Positions 1 to 12,383 of a stretch of DNA of 64,000 nt are shown piece after piece. Made by a program: the position numbers and the translations under genes. The DNA is from Octopus sinensis (taxonomy: Eukaryota). The notes beneath the pieces were generated by a model. That model saw nothing but the letters and a program-made list of their open reading frames with translations. It was not told the origin of the DNA and ran no database searches. Each line of letters starts with the position of its first letter. Positions within the stretch are counted from its first letter, which is position 1. Location of the stretch: NCBI RefSeq assembly GCF_006345805.1, contig NC_042997.1:124062001-124126000 (forward strand), given 5' to 3'.

Positions 1-974
1 AGTAAAAGAAACGAAACTTTGCGCATAATGAGTCTGTCTTTGTTATTTTTAGGAGATTAAAAGAAATCATAATTATGAAAATAATCCATATTTAACGGCT
101 TCCAACCAATTGATTACAGCCTTGCCTGCAACTGCCACACAGCTTTTGTCTAGCTTTTAAATTTTCATTGTGTTCTCTGGTGTGGTTTAGCTTGAAAGAT
201 ACAAGTCAGACATGTGGCCGCTCCTCGTCTCAATTTATTTTTCTCAATTTTAACATCTAGCGTGTTCAATCCAATTGTTTTGTTTTCGGATAAGTTTCGG
301 CAGTAGCTGAAACAATTCCATAGCTATTCCGTAGTATTAAGTGTGTTCCCCCCTATGATTGTGTATTATATACAAGTGGGGAAGTGGTTCGCGAACGCTT
401 TGTCTAATTATATTGTTTCATGCGTTTCGGTAATTGTAAAAATATAAAGTTGCAGATTAAACTTTCCTTATGTTAATGTCTTTAGATTTATGCTTTACAG
501 AGAGAACATTAGAAGTGTGCAGCCGAAGAATGCTGAGGTTTAATTCTATCCGTTCGTGTGTAATACGTCCATTGATGTTATTTCGTTATTATCTGGAAGT
601 TTTGACCCACGTAATAAATTTTCAAGATTAAATGTTCTCATGTTTCCCATTAGTACCTGCAGATGAAAGGTTTTTGCAGGTGTTTATGTTTTTGTAACAA
701 CAGCTCTATTGTAGTTTTATTGCCACCTACAGCATTCAGTGGATTTGGTTGGAATAATTTCTCCAGCTTTGTTTTTATTATTGTTCTTTTTTTACCTATT
801 TGGTTCATTGGGATATACTGCTATGTTCTAAGTCCGTTATAAGACGAGAATGTAAGTAAAATTTTCAGTCAATGAACCATGTGCTAGTATTTGAGGAGTT
901 TGTGACGAGAACATTTTTCACTGAAGAACAAGAACAACGGACCGAATCGCGAGCTTCTTAGCATTTTATATATT

Positions 975-1029
975 CATACATACGTACGTATATACATACA
1001 TACATACATACATACATATATGTGTATAT

Positions 1030-1101
<72 letters not shown>

Positions 1102-1160
1102 TATTTATATATATAAATATATATTCACACACACGCGCACACGCGCACACGCACATATAG
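975..1160. repeat. (TACA)n/(TA)n/(CA)n compound microsatellite
   Basis: Directly visible; explains the YI-repeat ORFs 974-1156 and 1022-1297. Confidence 0.95.
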
Positions 1161-1412
1161 ATGTGTATGAGTTATTTCATGCACAGCTTTCATTACGAAA
1201 CCCTCCCTTTATAATCTTTGTCGACGAAAGTTCGCAGTCATTTCGTTCGGTATATCTCCTAAGTATCGTTCTATTCATTGGTGCGAAACAGTGTTAGTGA
1301 CACAGATGATGACAGTTTACTTGATACAGCCTCTAACACAAGTCTTCCATTCTCATAGCAGAGTGCAGCTCTACTCCGCCGGTCATGCACCTATATTTTG
1401 TTGTGTTTTGAA

Positions 1413-1643
1413 GGTGGCGAGCTGGCAGAAACGTTAGCGCGCCGGGCGAAATGCTTACCGGTATTTCGTCTGCCGTTACATTCTGAGTTCAAATTCCGCC
1501 GAGGTCGACTTTGCCGTTCATCCATTCGGGGTCGATAAATAAAGTACCAGTTACGCACTGGGGTCGATGTAATCGACTTAATCCCTTTGTCTGTCCTTGT
1601 TTGTCCCCCCTATGTGTAGGCCCTTGTGGGCAATAAAGAAATA
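1413..1643 (+). mobile_element. tRNA-derived cephalopod SINE (family A, GGCGGCGAGCTGGCAGAA head)
   Basis: Head GGTGGCGAGCTGGCAGAAACGTTAG, B-box-like GAGTTCAAATTCC, GGGGTCGAT core, AATAAAGAAATA tail. Degenerate TSD TTTGTTGTGTTTTG / TTTGCTGGGTTTTG. Near-identical reverse copy at 55611-55843. Confidence 0.85.
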
Positions 1644-2823
1644 CGTAGTTTGCTGGGTTTTGTTTTTGTCACTCAGGATCTCGTGTTAGCTTTTCACTTT
1701 CATATATCTCATACTAATAACCATCATATCCATGAGGAAGATTTTGATGTACCTTCCTCTATCTAATGGTTAATATGTAAAGAAAAATGCAATAAAACAA
1801 ACACAAGCGCTAGTATGAGCACTTTAAAATATTCCTTCTATGTCAGATGATCCGAAAAATAAATTGTTTCTTGCCGATAGCCATAACGATGAAACCAATG
1901 AGAGTCGTTGGGTGTTACTAATTTATGTGGTTTACTAGGCTACATAAATATTATATTAGTATAAATTAACAGCTTTATATCATCACATATCACATAAATA
2001 TCATAAGTAATTTCTTAATAGCATAAACCTGGCATTTATCTCCCAAATTAATAAATATAAATTATATAATTGTTTATAAATCTTAGTAATTAAGTTGTAC
2101 TTTAGAATTATTCACATTTGGGGTTAATTATTACCATGAATATTCAAATTATATGCGGATAACACAACGGTAATGAAATTGCATGTGATTTAGTGATTAA
2201 CTGAGAACGAAATACTATAACATTCTTTATTGATATGCTTTATTGCAGTAAAATTATATAAAGTTATTTGGCAGGATGACGGACTAATTCTTTGGTCTCC
2301 TACATTACTGGTGGTTAATGTATTGTAACAAATATACACACGTACATTTATGCGTTCATACACACATACACATTGATATATACATACTTAGATATAAACG
2401 TACATGTATGTGTCTGCGTGTATTCATATATACGAGTAGATCCCCTGGGGATGTAATCATTTTTTAATAATATTTGGTGGGATTGGAAAATTGAATTTAG
2501 AATTAAAGACTAAGGAAAAAGGTGAATAAAACACAGATTTATCTGTCCCTTTCTTGTTTTTTTTTATATTTTTTATGTTTTGAGGGTTACTTTTCACAAT
2601 GCACTTTAAGTTTCTAATCAGTGGTAATCTTGTAAACACTATTTTATTCTTATAAATATCTCCACATTTGTGGAGATAGACGCCATAACATGGAATACAA
2701 TACTGAAACATTATTAGATTTGGAACATCATGAAAAGCTTGCCGTTCAAGTTGAGCGTGTAACACAACAGGAAAGATCTGTTACATCACTGTGGCATAGT
2801 CCAGCTGTGCTGTGGCGGATTCC

Positions 2824-2855
2824 AGCCAATCAGAGCTTGAGGCGTATAAATAAAA
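2824..2855 (+). promoter_or_regulatory. CCAAT box plus TATA box (promoter-like, possibly within a solo LTR)
   Basis: AGCCAATCAG (NF-Y-type consensus) at 2824-2833 followed by TATAAATAAAA at 2845-2855, in a non-microsatellite block that begins TGTTAC at 2779. Confidence 0.3.
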
Positions 2856-3132
2856 CGGCAGTGATCTGACTTAGCAGGAGGAACTCATTACATCAGAGAA
2901 GTGGCAGTTTCAAAAACTAGTTGCTGAAAAGGCTGTCTAGAAACAACATCGCTTCCTTTGACATGCCATAATTTTTGTGTCCACCAACAAGTGCACACAA
3001 CTCCCTTGAATGATACGAGCTATTAATCTACTTCAAAATGGAAGGTACATTCGTGTTCTTATTAGCTTACAGCTTCTTCTACATAACCGTTCTGTGTATG
3101 AAATATGTCATGAGATATATCGTGTTTCGTAT

Positions 3133-3165
<33 letters not shown>

Positions 3166-3166
3166 C

Positions 3167-3237
<71 letters not shown>

Positions 3238-3445
3238 GTGAAATAGAAAGATGAATAATCTTGTAGTAGATTAATCAAAAGTTTAACCGATACCTTAGTA
3301 GCAAAAATCACAGCAGTAAACAGCACGGTTGGAGGTACAACCATCTGGCGTTGCAACCGTGCGTTGGTGCGGATAATTGAAATTAAAACATTATTGGTGA
3401 ATTGAAGAAATGGAGCTGAACGCAGATTGAACAGAAATCGTTTTA

Positions 3446-3534
3446 TTTCATTCTACACGTGTTTCGAAAGGCACAAATTACCAAAATCCGATTGAATAAT
3501 GGGACCATATTGTGTCTTTCTCTTCAGGAAGAAA
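3446..3534 (-). ncRNA. Minimal type I hammerhead ribozyme (3' pLTR copy)
   Basis: Reverse complement of the 5102-5190 motif; same sense as the GIY-YIG ORF and downstream of it. Confidence 0.85.
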
Positions 3535-4188
3535 AAAGGAAATCCGTTGGAAAAACAAAAACAGAACAGAGGCGGAGCAAAAAACAAATCGAACTGTGCT
3601 CCTAAGAGCCCATGGCGAAACTGTTTATCAGTGTATGTTGAGAACCGGTGGCTGAAGAATTCAACGGGTCAGGCATCGGTCAATCATGTGGGTGAGGGTG
3701 TATAGATGTTCTTTGTGACCGAGAATAAAGTTCTGACTATTTAAAGAATATTGGATGTTTTATAAGGGGCGAGAAAAAATCTACTTAGAGACGTGTGTGT
3801 GTGTATACTGTTCTATATATGTGTGTGTTGGCGTAGGGGTAGAAAACATTTTTTGTGTACGTGTGTGCGTTTGATCGTTCGGCTGTCAGTGGCTACTGCC
3901 GTGATAACCGTTGGGTGGCAGAAAGAAAAAAATAAAAAAATTATATATATATATTATTTTGTTTTATGTGTGTGTGTGTGTGTTCATCTAAGCCTGCCTT
4001 GTCAAGGAAACCCCCCGCTGTGAAAAAACCAAGCCCCGTTTGTCTTACAGGAGTAATTTCCCTTGCAGTGGTTAATCGTAGATATCTTAAAGGCTATTTC
4101 AGAATTTGTTACCAAGGGCTATGGGTGCCGGTATTATTTATAAACGCTATTTAAAGGCCAGATAAGTGTAACGCCGCCAATGGGGGCA

Positions 4189-5026
4189 TCAAAAAGCCGA
4201 CTGTAAGAGCCCGTTTACCATCCGGCCTCTGGCAAACAAAATATGGAAGAGTTCGGAGACACAAAGGTTGCACTGTCTTCTGCCCCTATCAAATGGGAGG
4301 GCCACCGACAAAATTGACCATTCCAGCCTATAGCTTAAGTTCGCATCCTTCAGTCGCCATATTAGCTTACTGAGTCCCGTGGTCTGGCGCTTGTTCACGT
4401 CCCGAAAAGTTGCGTAATGGTTGGAGACACGCAAAGACAATCTTGAGGATGATGCCCCTACATAAGTGAAGGCATCTGAGTCCGTATAAACCTTGCATTG
4501 GTAGACGGCGTTTTTGATCTTGGAGTTCGCCGACGTGAATCTTAATCTGCTAGGATTGGTTTCTGAAATTAGAACTGCGTTCCTGTCACTATATTCGTTC
4601 CGAGACCTGCAGCCGCTTACTACTCTATTTTCCACTACGTCACTATTAACTATAGGAATAACCCCTGATTCTCCACTATCTATCAGAGTGCTGTCATTGC
4701 TACTGCCCGTGGTACTGCTATTGCGGGAAATGATGCTGGGGATGCTAATGGGGCTCTCTACCCTACTCCCATTGTTACCGTCAACCACAACACCCCTATT
4801 TATAACTATACCCCTAGTGGGTACTCCCTGGCTGGAGCTGAGATTATGTGTCACTGTACTGGCTCTCATATCATTATTACTACTATAATTATTCCTACTG
4901 AGCATTAAACCGGGAGCGGAAGAGGCTGTGCCTCCGGAAAAAGGTGATAGGGTCTTAGTAAGTAGCCTATTATTATGGGAGGCGATTATCTGGGCGAGGT
5001 TTTTAGTGTTGGAGAAAGCTATCCTA
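4189..5026 (-). CDS. PLE C-terminal linker plus GIY-YIG endonuclease (RT missing)
   Basis: RIAFSNTKNLAQIIASHNNRLL, NAVYQCKV...YVGASSSRLSLRVSNHYATF, TGLSKLIWRLK..EWSIL and CNLCVSE match the PLE endonuclease region. The frame is open. Confidence 0.85.
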
Positions 5027-5101
5027 GCTCTTAGGAGCACAGTTCGATTTGTTTTTTGCTCCGCCTCTGTTCTGTTTTTGTTTTTCCAACGGATTTCCTT
5101 T

Positions 5102-5190
5102 TTTCTTCCTGAAGAGAAAGACACAATATGGTCCCATTATTCAATCGGATTTTGGTAATTTGTGCCTTTCGAAACACGTGTAGAATGAAA
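5102..5190 (+). ncRNA. Minimal type I hammerhead ribozyme (inverted pLTR copy)
   Basis: tttcttc-CTGAAGA(5109)-GAAAGACACA..TGTGCCTTTC (stem II)-GAAA(5171)-CACGTG palindrome-TA-gaa t gaaa (stem I). AATAAA follows immediately. Confidence 0.85.
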
Positions 5191-5340
5191 TAAAACGATT
5201 TCTGTTCAATCTGCGTTCAGCTCCATTTCTTCAATTCACCAATAATGTTTTATATATATATATATATACATATATTCTAGATGGACCCGCGAAAAGTTCA
5301 GGAAAAATATAAAAAATGTAAGCATCTGTAAATGTTTCTA

Positions 5341-6620
5341 TCAGGTCATCCCAGAAGTTCTGTCCGATTTTACCTGTTTTAAAATTGAATGAAATTTAAT
5401 AGTATTGTAGAATGTCTAATGGAATTAAAAAATATATTTATGCATTTGTGTACATTTAAACTAATTAAATATTATTTTACAGAATAATAGAATTAAAATT
5501 TCTTTGATTTAAACCCTTTCTAACATGCAAGTATCCAAAGAGCATTTGAGGCACATAATGCTTTATGAGTACAAAAAAGGAAACTCTGCAGCCGAAGCAA
5601 CTCGAAACATACACTCAGTTTATGGGAAAGAATGCTTGAATGAAAGAACTTGCAAATGAGGTTTTTTCAAAATTCAGAAGTGGAGATTTCAGCCTTGAAG
5701 ATTGAACAGGACATCCAGTTGAGTTTGATAATAAGCTTCTTGACGCATTACTTGAAGAAAATCATTCATTATCAGCAAAGAATTGGCAATAAAGCTTAGT
5801 TCAAACCATACAACTGTTCATCGTCATCTTCAACAACTTGGAAATGTTCCTAAACTTGGAAAATGGGTGCCTCATGACTTGACGGAAAGCAACTATAAAT
5901 CCTGAGTTGACATCTGCTCTTCTCTCCATTCTCACGAACTCATTTCACATTTTTTGGATAGACTTGTGACAGGTGACGACAAATTTGTGTTCTATCGAAA
6001 TGTTAAACGTCGTAAACAATGGCTTGGTAAAAGAGAAAAAGCTCAACTACAACAGAGAAGGGAACTTCATGGGAAAAAGTTTCTTCTGTCTATCTGGTGG
6101 GATTGCAAAGGAGTCATTCACTTTGAATTGTTACCACCTAATGCAACAATCAATGCTCAAGTCTACTGTTAGCAATTAAAGCGTTTGAACAAATTTCTGA
6201 AGAGAAAAACCCGCTTTAGTGAATCAAAATGGAGTGATGTTTCATCAGGACAATGCGCGATCCCACACTGCAAAGATCACATCACAGAAGATCGAAGAGA
6301 TTGGTTGGGAAAAAAATCTTCATCGACCTTATTCTCCCAACCTCGCTCCTTCAGACTACCATTCGTTTCGTAGTTTTCAGAATCATTTGGGGGACATAAC
6401 TTTATCAAGCCAGGAGGAGGTCGAAACTGATATTTCAGAGTTCTTCGCTTTGAAACCGAAACAGTTTTACATTGATTCGATTAAATAGTTTGTAAATAGA
6501 TGGAAGGAAGTTATAGATAATTAGAGAAAGTACATTGATGATTAAATTTCAATTCGATATAACATTTGATCACTTGTTTTCTTAATTCAAAATTCGGACA
6601 GAACTCATGGGATGACCATG
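5341..6620 (+). mobile_element. Full-length Tc1/mariner DNA transposon (mariner type), defective
   Basis: ~30-bp TIRs TCAGGTCATCCCAGAAGTTCTGTCCGATTT / AATTCGGACAGAACTCATGGGATGACC, flanked by TA, length ~1.28 kb. Confidence 0.92.
5526..6545 (+). pseudogene. mariner transposase pseudogene
   Basis: MQVSKEHLRHIMLYEY.., WVPHDL, VTGDDKFVFY, HQDNARSH and YSPNLAPSDY motifs, broken by stops and frameshifts. Confidence 0.92.
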
Positions 6621-6628
6621 TATATGTT

Positions 6629-6670
<42 letters not shown>

Positions 6671-6704
6671 TGTGTGTGTGTGTGTGTGTGTGTGTATAGT
6701 CACT

Positions 6705-6865
6705 ACACATTCTTTATTTTCTCTCCTTGTTTCTTTCTGTGTTCCTTTCTGTGGAAGTGCGTAGGCTCAAAACGACTTATTCACTTCCCGAGCTTTATAC
6801 TAATACATCGGTTTGTTGTTTACTCCACCCCTCTTCGCCTTTTGTTTTTTTGTGAATTTTCCCCA
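6705..6865 (+). mobile_element. PLE pLTR-like relic with decayed hammerhead variant
   Basis: ttt-CTGTGGA-A-GTGC-GTAG-GCTC-AAAA-CG has the same architecture as the 33842-33876 motif. Lies between (GT)n and (TA)n. Confidence 0.4.
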
Positions 6866-7577
6866 TATATATATATGTATATATATATGTATATATATAT
6901 GTTTATATGCATACACATATACACGTTTGAATCCATTCATTTTCACTGAAATTGGTTATAATGCAGGTAAATGGTCGCATTAAACCAATTTATAAAAAAT
7001 ATATGACATCAAGTTGAGAAACACTGGATTCTTGCCCAAGATTCATAGTACTATAGTAACACGAATGTACGGGACGTATAATTATGTTGATAAATACGTT
7101 TATATGATTGCGTGTGTATTTATGTGTGTGACTGAGTGTCTATGTGCGTCTAAGCAGTATTTGTATTCATCCTTCACATACTGATTGGCAAGCCGTTCTG
7201 TTTTGTTTACATAGCGCTTGACTATTAGAATATACATGGCCAAATATTTACACATTAAATTATATGTACATACGCTATTACACATTTAGGCGAGAATTCA
7301 TACGGATAATTGAAAAGATGCATATGTGAGAATGTACATATATATATATATATTTATATACATATATACATATACATTTATATTTCCGGACAATGGACAT
7401 GAGTTAAAATTATAAAATAAGCACAGTAATAAACGAGTCAGGAAATATATATATATTAGTGCGTGTATTTATTTGGCAAAAAATATGACCATCTCGAAAT
7501 ACAACAGTATACGCCAATTTGTATTTTGTACGTCCCTGACACGTGTGTCAGGATTTTTTTATTTATTTATATGCCTT

Positions 7578-7855
7578 TTAAAGCTTATCCAGGCTCATGT
7601 GCCCGGTTTCCCGGTTTCTGTGGGGTATGTTTTCCTCCAAGCTGGACAGGATGCCAGTCCATCGCAGCGTTACTCAAGAAACAGGAAGAGAGAATGAGAG
7701 AAAGTTGGGGCGAAAGAGTACAACATGGGTCGCCACCACCCCCTGCCAGAGCCTCGTGGAACTTTAGGTTTTTTCCGCTCAATAAACACACACAATCGAA
7801 ACCGCGATCCTCCGACCGCGAGTCCACTGCCTTAACCACTGGGCCATTGCGCCTT
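7578..7855 (-). mobile_element. tRNA-headed SINE with Meta/V-SINE-like central domain
   Basis: Minus strand: A box TGGCCCAGTGG, B box GGTTTCGATT, then GCGATGGACTGGCATCCTGTCCAG...ACAGAAACCGG. Confidence 0.7.
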
Positions 7856-8350
7856 CATGTGTCACGATTAAGAGAAATAAATTTTTGAAAGAAGATTTAT
7901 TGCTTAAATAAAAGCTTTTAACAAGATTTTTTGTTATCCAGGAAGGGATTTTTAAACCGCCACCTATGTGTTGTATTATTTCTTCTCACTAAAGCATGAA
8001 CGACTTTAATGAGAAAATTAAGATATTTAAATTTAAGTTGTATGTCGAGCAGGGGAGAGAGGAAGTGAGATAGAAAGGGAGAGCTAGTGAGAGGGAGTGG
8101 CTGATAGGTATTTGAATTCTTTTCTACGACCGAACTGAAATTGACCCCAGGCTAACCACACACACATTTGTTTTAGGTCTTCTACCCACTTGAATTCTGC
8201 CATACACCAGATAACATTTTAAGTCTTATGTTCCGAAATTTAAATTTTGAACTTGTTTTGATTATAAAATTTACATCTCAGCTAAAAAAGATCTTTTGAC
8301 TTTCGAATACAAGCTTTTTATTCTTTTTGTATATTTTTTGTTAAATTACA

Positions 8351-8850
8351 ATTTCTCTGTTTTGGTCAGGATTTTTCCATGTTCTTATGTTTTTTGTATC
8401 AAGCAAAGGACGAAAGCATTAAAAAAATTCATAGAGCCAAACAAAATCAAAAATATTACATCTATTTTTCCCTTTCCTTAATACTAACAGGAGCGTAGTA
8501 TAAGAGAGATTTGACAGTTCTTTCTAGTAAATTGAACAACCATATAGTTGTTCAATTGGCTTATTTGTTGATGTGTATAAGTAAACAAAAACTAAAAGAC
8601 ACACACACACATATCTATATATGAAAGTATGTCTGTGATTATGTGTAAGTGCGATATGTGTCGCGTAGTGGAAACAAACGCAACTTCCCCTTTCTATATT
8701 TTCTGTCTAGTTAGAATTTCTCTGTTTTTGGTGAAGATTTTTCCAGTTTCTTTTTTCTTGTATCAAGCACTTAACGAAAGAATTTTTTCAAAATTAAATT
8801 CATAGAGCCGAACAATATCAAAAATATTAATTCTGGTTTTTCCCTTTACT
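8351..8850 (+). repeat. Diverged ~130-bp direct repeat pair (8351-8479 and 8716-8850)
   Basis: Both copies share AATTTCTCTGTTTT..TTGTATCAAGCA..AAATTCATAGAGCC..TCAAAAATATTA..TTTTTCCCTTT. Confidence 0.8.
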
Positions 8851-9027
8851 CTTTACTTTCCTACATTATAATTAATTACCGCACCCTATATACTGTATCC
8901 TTGCATATTAGGTGAGTATTTCAGAAACTGTCTAATACATTTGTATATGATTTTCAATTGAAACACTCGGAATCATTTTGGATATTTATTGCTTTAATAA
9001 CAAGTTTTAAATAATACGGATAATCGT

Positions 9028-9350
9028 ATGAGGGACGCAGCGCGAGAGCGTCAGAATAGAAGAGAACGGTGGCACAAGGATCAGCAGGAGGAAATAAGGA
9101 ACCAAAACGGCGTGAGGATGGGACAGAAAAGAAAAGAAATAAGCCAAGAGGAAAGGGATCGTATCCTACGGTGTAGGAGGGAAAGCAATCAGCATAGGAT
9201 AGAACAAATGACCCAGGACCAAAGAGAAGTATATTTTCATAATAAGAGAGATGGAGATCCATAAAATCGAGAACACATGAATGAAGAGCAAAGACACCTG
9301 TACTTAGAATATATGAGAAACAGAGCTAGATCGGCATACCAGCAAATCAC
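9028..9350 (+). pseudogene. Charged helical repeat relic, like Helitron N-terminal (STPR-like) repeats
   Basis: Periodic EISQEERDRIL / QMTQDQREVY / HMNEEQRHLYL units in one frame across one stop; acceptor-like context upstream is unclear. Confidence 0.4.
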
Positions 9351-11741
9351 AAAATCGCATCAGCTAGCGTCACCACCAACTCCAAGTCTTTGGTACTTTG
9401 GATTTGTGATCCAGAATGAGATACAGTATATTCATGTCATTTATGTACTATGTGTTACGGTATCTTAAATTTTCACTTCTATTTAGCTCTTTAGGGATCA
9501 TAAATTCTCTTGTGTCTGGGGAGAGTCATTCTCTTTTGGTGCCTTATATTTTAACACACTCACCGGTAAAATTTCCACTTATCTCTTTTCTTTTTATTTT
9601 TCTAAAATGTTTGTTGCGTCTTGCACCATTTTCAATAGTTTTCACTCAGAAATTATTATTCATTTTTTGATGAAAACAGTACCGTGAACTTTGGAATGCA
9701 ACAAAAGTTTAGTATTCACAATTGTAAATTGGAAGAAACCAACATCTCTTATTCAATAGGACTATTCTACTTCGTAGACAGGCCCCTCCAACGAATAACA
9801 TCTGTTATGGCTCTTATTCGAAGATGAAAAAGAATATACTTATTTTGACATGATGATCGCAAATAAGGCCTACCATTTTCTAATGTAACTTTATAGTGTT
9901 CAACTGTTCGCAGCATATATCATAATTCTCTTCCACCACATTACAGAATGGCTCAGGGAATATTTAATTACCTATTCATTAACTACAATAGTTCTGGTCA
10001 AATAAATCCGCGTTTAATTTGCGAAAACAATTGTTGTTATTCTATCATCTCAATTTTCAATAGTGTAGCGTTAAGATGTAAAAATATTTATGTGCATTAA
10101 GAAATAATGAGAGAAAAATGAAATAACGCATTCAAGAGAATATTTAATTAAAACTACTTTTAAAATTCCACGCTATGCTTGACATTGTGCTAGAATATAG
10201 ATCACAGCAAAAATAATAATTACTTTTCGTAAATACAATACATAGGAGCAAACATTCGCTGTATTTTGAACTTTTGTACAACACTTAATTTTAAGCTGCT
10301 CAAAATTACTTGTACCTCGAAAGAAAAAAAAAGAATAGGAATTATAGTATTGAAGAGAAATGAGAAATTATATGCGATGCAACTATACAATATATTAATA
10401 AAACTTAAACGCTAAGGTTCGTTCTGGCTCAAGAGTTCAAGGTCTGCAGACGTCCTACTTTATCTTTGATAAGTATCGGTCTTAAATAATGGGTTTGTGA
10501 CAGGCGTCGGTCATGTATAACGGATGTTAACCATTGTGTGACTAGGTGTGGTTTCACATGAACAAATAATTTTAAAGAAAATCATGCGAGTTTATGATAT
10601 TGAAAAAGAGAGAGTTCTGTGTGTACATGCGTGTGTGCGTGTAAGTTTGTGTAAATAGGAACAGATTTCCTTTTAAACATTTTATAGTAAAGGATTCAAT
10701 CATTTGGAGCTCTGTCTTTTTTTATTATGGGTTTTAAATATTTGTATGGGTCGTTATATTTATTTTATAAGAGAAACATTCCTAAATCCATTATCAAATT
10801 TATGTTTTAAGATTATTTTAATGGTAAAACATTGCTCCCGAAACAGGAAATCAAATTTCTTAATCGCTGAAAAGAAACACTCACACTGGATCAGGTTTCG
10901 CTCTAAAATCTCCTTTTTCCATTCGGCTTCAAGCAAGGATGTTCCCCAAAATACAAATAGTAATGTATTTATATTACTCCACATTTGTTTTGAAAGATAC
11001 CACTTCTTAACAAACTACAAGTACGGCGGCAACAAACAGCGAGAGAAATGCAAGAAGGTATTAGTTAAAAACATCTTCAACTTAGATATAACAGGACTGA
11101 AAAATGATGAACATGATGAGATTTTGTAAAAGTAAAGAAGACAACTTGCTTGTAACTAGAGGTGAAGATGAATATATTACGAAAACTATTTCACAAAACA
11201 GCGAATACGTTAAACTTAAGAAAAATAGCTCTCCTCACCTTAAATTTTAAACTGAGTAGCTATATCACAAATAGGATCTCTATATCAGTCCATTACATAG
11301 GCAGAGTTTATCCATGCACACACACACACATTCATACGACACACGTGTGTGTGTGTGTTTTGTCTGTGTGCGTGTGTATGCGTGTGTATGCTGATGATCA
11401 TGAAATCTTCGGAATTTTACAGGAAGCAGGTAAATTTTGGAAAATTTTCGGCATGGAACTCAAAAAAGTTTTAACCAACTGAAATTATAAACATAATCCT
11501 GGAGATTTGTATACAAAACTTCACACAATCAAAAACACCTGTTGTCCTAATGAATTTATAAACAACTGCGGATCCATTCCACTGTCCACAACTTAATTTA
11601 TACATCGTTACATGGAAAAGAATTGAGCGGCGATGCTCTAATCATTCAGAACTATATCAACGTGGTCTTCGCTGAAAATCACACACATACGCTCGCATGC
11701 GCATGTACTCAGACACATACTCACACCCAAATATATATATA

Positions 11742-12200
11742 AAGGGGTAACAAGAAGTTTCGTGATCGTTATTGTACTCCAGGTAATCCGGAATGGAATT
11801 CCACCGGCAGTCAAATTTTTAAGTCCATAGTTCCGTTACGAAGTTAAGATTGTAATGTTGTCAGAGAGGGATACAGAAAAAAGAGACAGAAATAATGGGT
11901 TATATATGGGTGTGTTTGCGTCAAAGAAGTTGCTGCAATGCAATGCAGCTTTGAATACTAGTTCCCCATACGAGTATATTGGGTGTATCGTGCAAAATAT
12001 CCCTTTAAAACAGTATACAGCTGACAGAACCGCCTAGAGAATTCTAACTATGTATCTATCGTACATCGGATGAACCTGATGACCTGATGAAAGAAACTTG
12101 AAAACTACGAACATCGAAATCAGAAGATTTAGCTGAATAATCAACGGAGAAGTATTGTCATTCTTTACATCGGGGTTTCTTAAGAATTTCAAAATAATTA
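11742..12200 (+). mobile_element. PLE-derived non-coding relic with decayed hammerhead
   Basis: CTGATGA-AAG AAA CTT-GAAA at 12084-12103. Block starts right after (TA)n. Confidence 0.35.
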
Positions 12201-12315
12201 TAGGCTATATTGTAACCAGGAAAACACAAAAGAGGAAGGGACGAAGCCATTATATGTTAGAGATATTTCGAAAGTGTTAGTTGCACATAAATCATAACAA
12301 CACATGCATATATAT

Positions 12316-12383
<68 letters not shown>

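Larger units (their letters stand above)
3384..5252 (-). mobile_element. Penelope-like retroelement, 5'-truncated, with inverted pseudo-LTR
   Basis: GIY-YIG ORF on minus. 3384-3609 is the reverse complement of 5027-5252 (no mismatch seen by eye). Both arms carry a hammerhead. (TA)n lies close on both sides. Confidence 0.9.

Noticed and set aside
1-960. Possible old PLE relic (LDKAFANHFP on minus) and CTGAAGA..GAATCGCG at 921-951
   Set aside because: Too decayed; no stem II pairing; insufficient to call.
4514-4888. Hydrophobic 124-aa plus-strand ORF resembling a membrane protein
   Set aside because: Antisense shadow of the Ser/Asn-rich PLE linker; starts at TTG.
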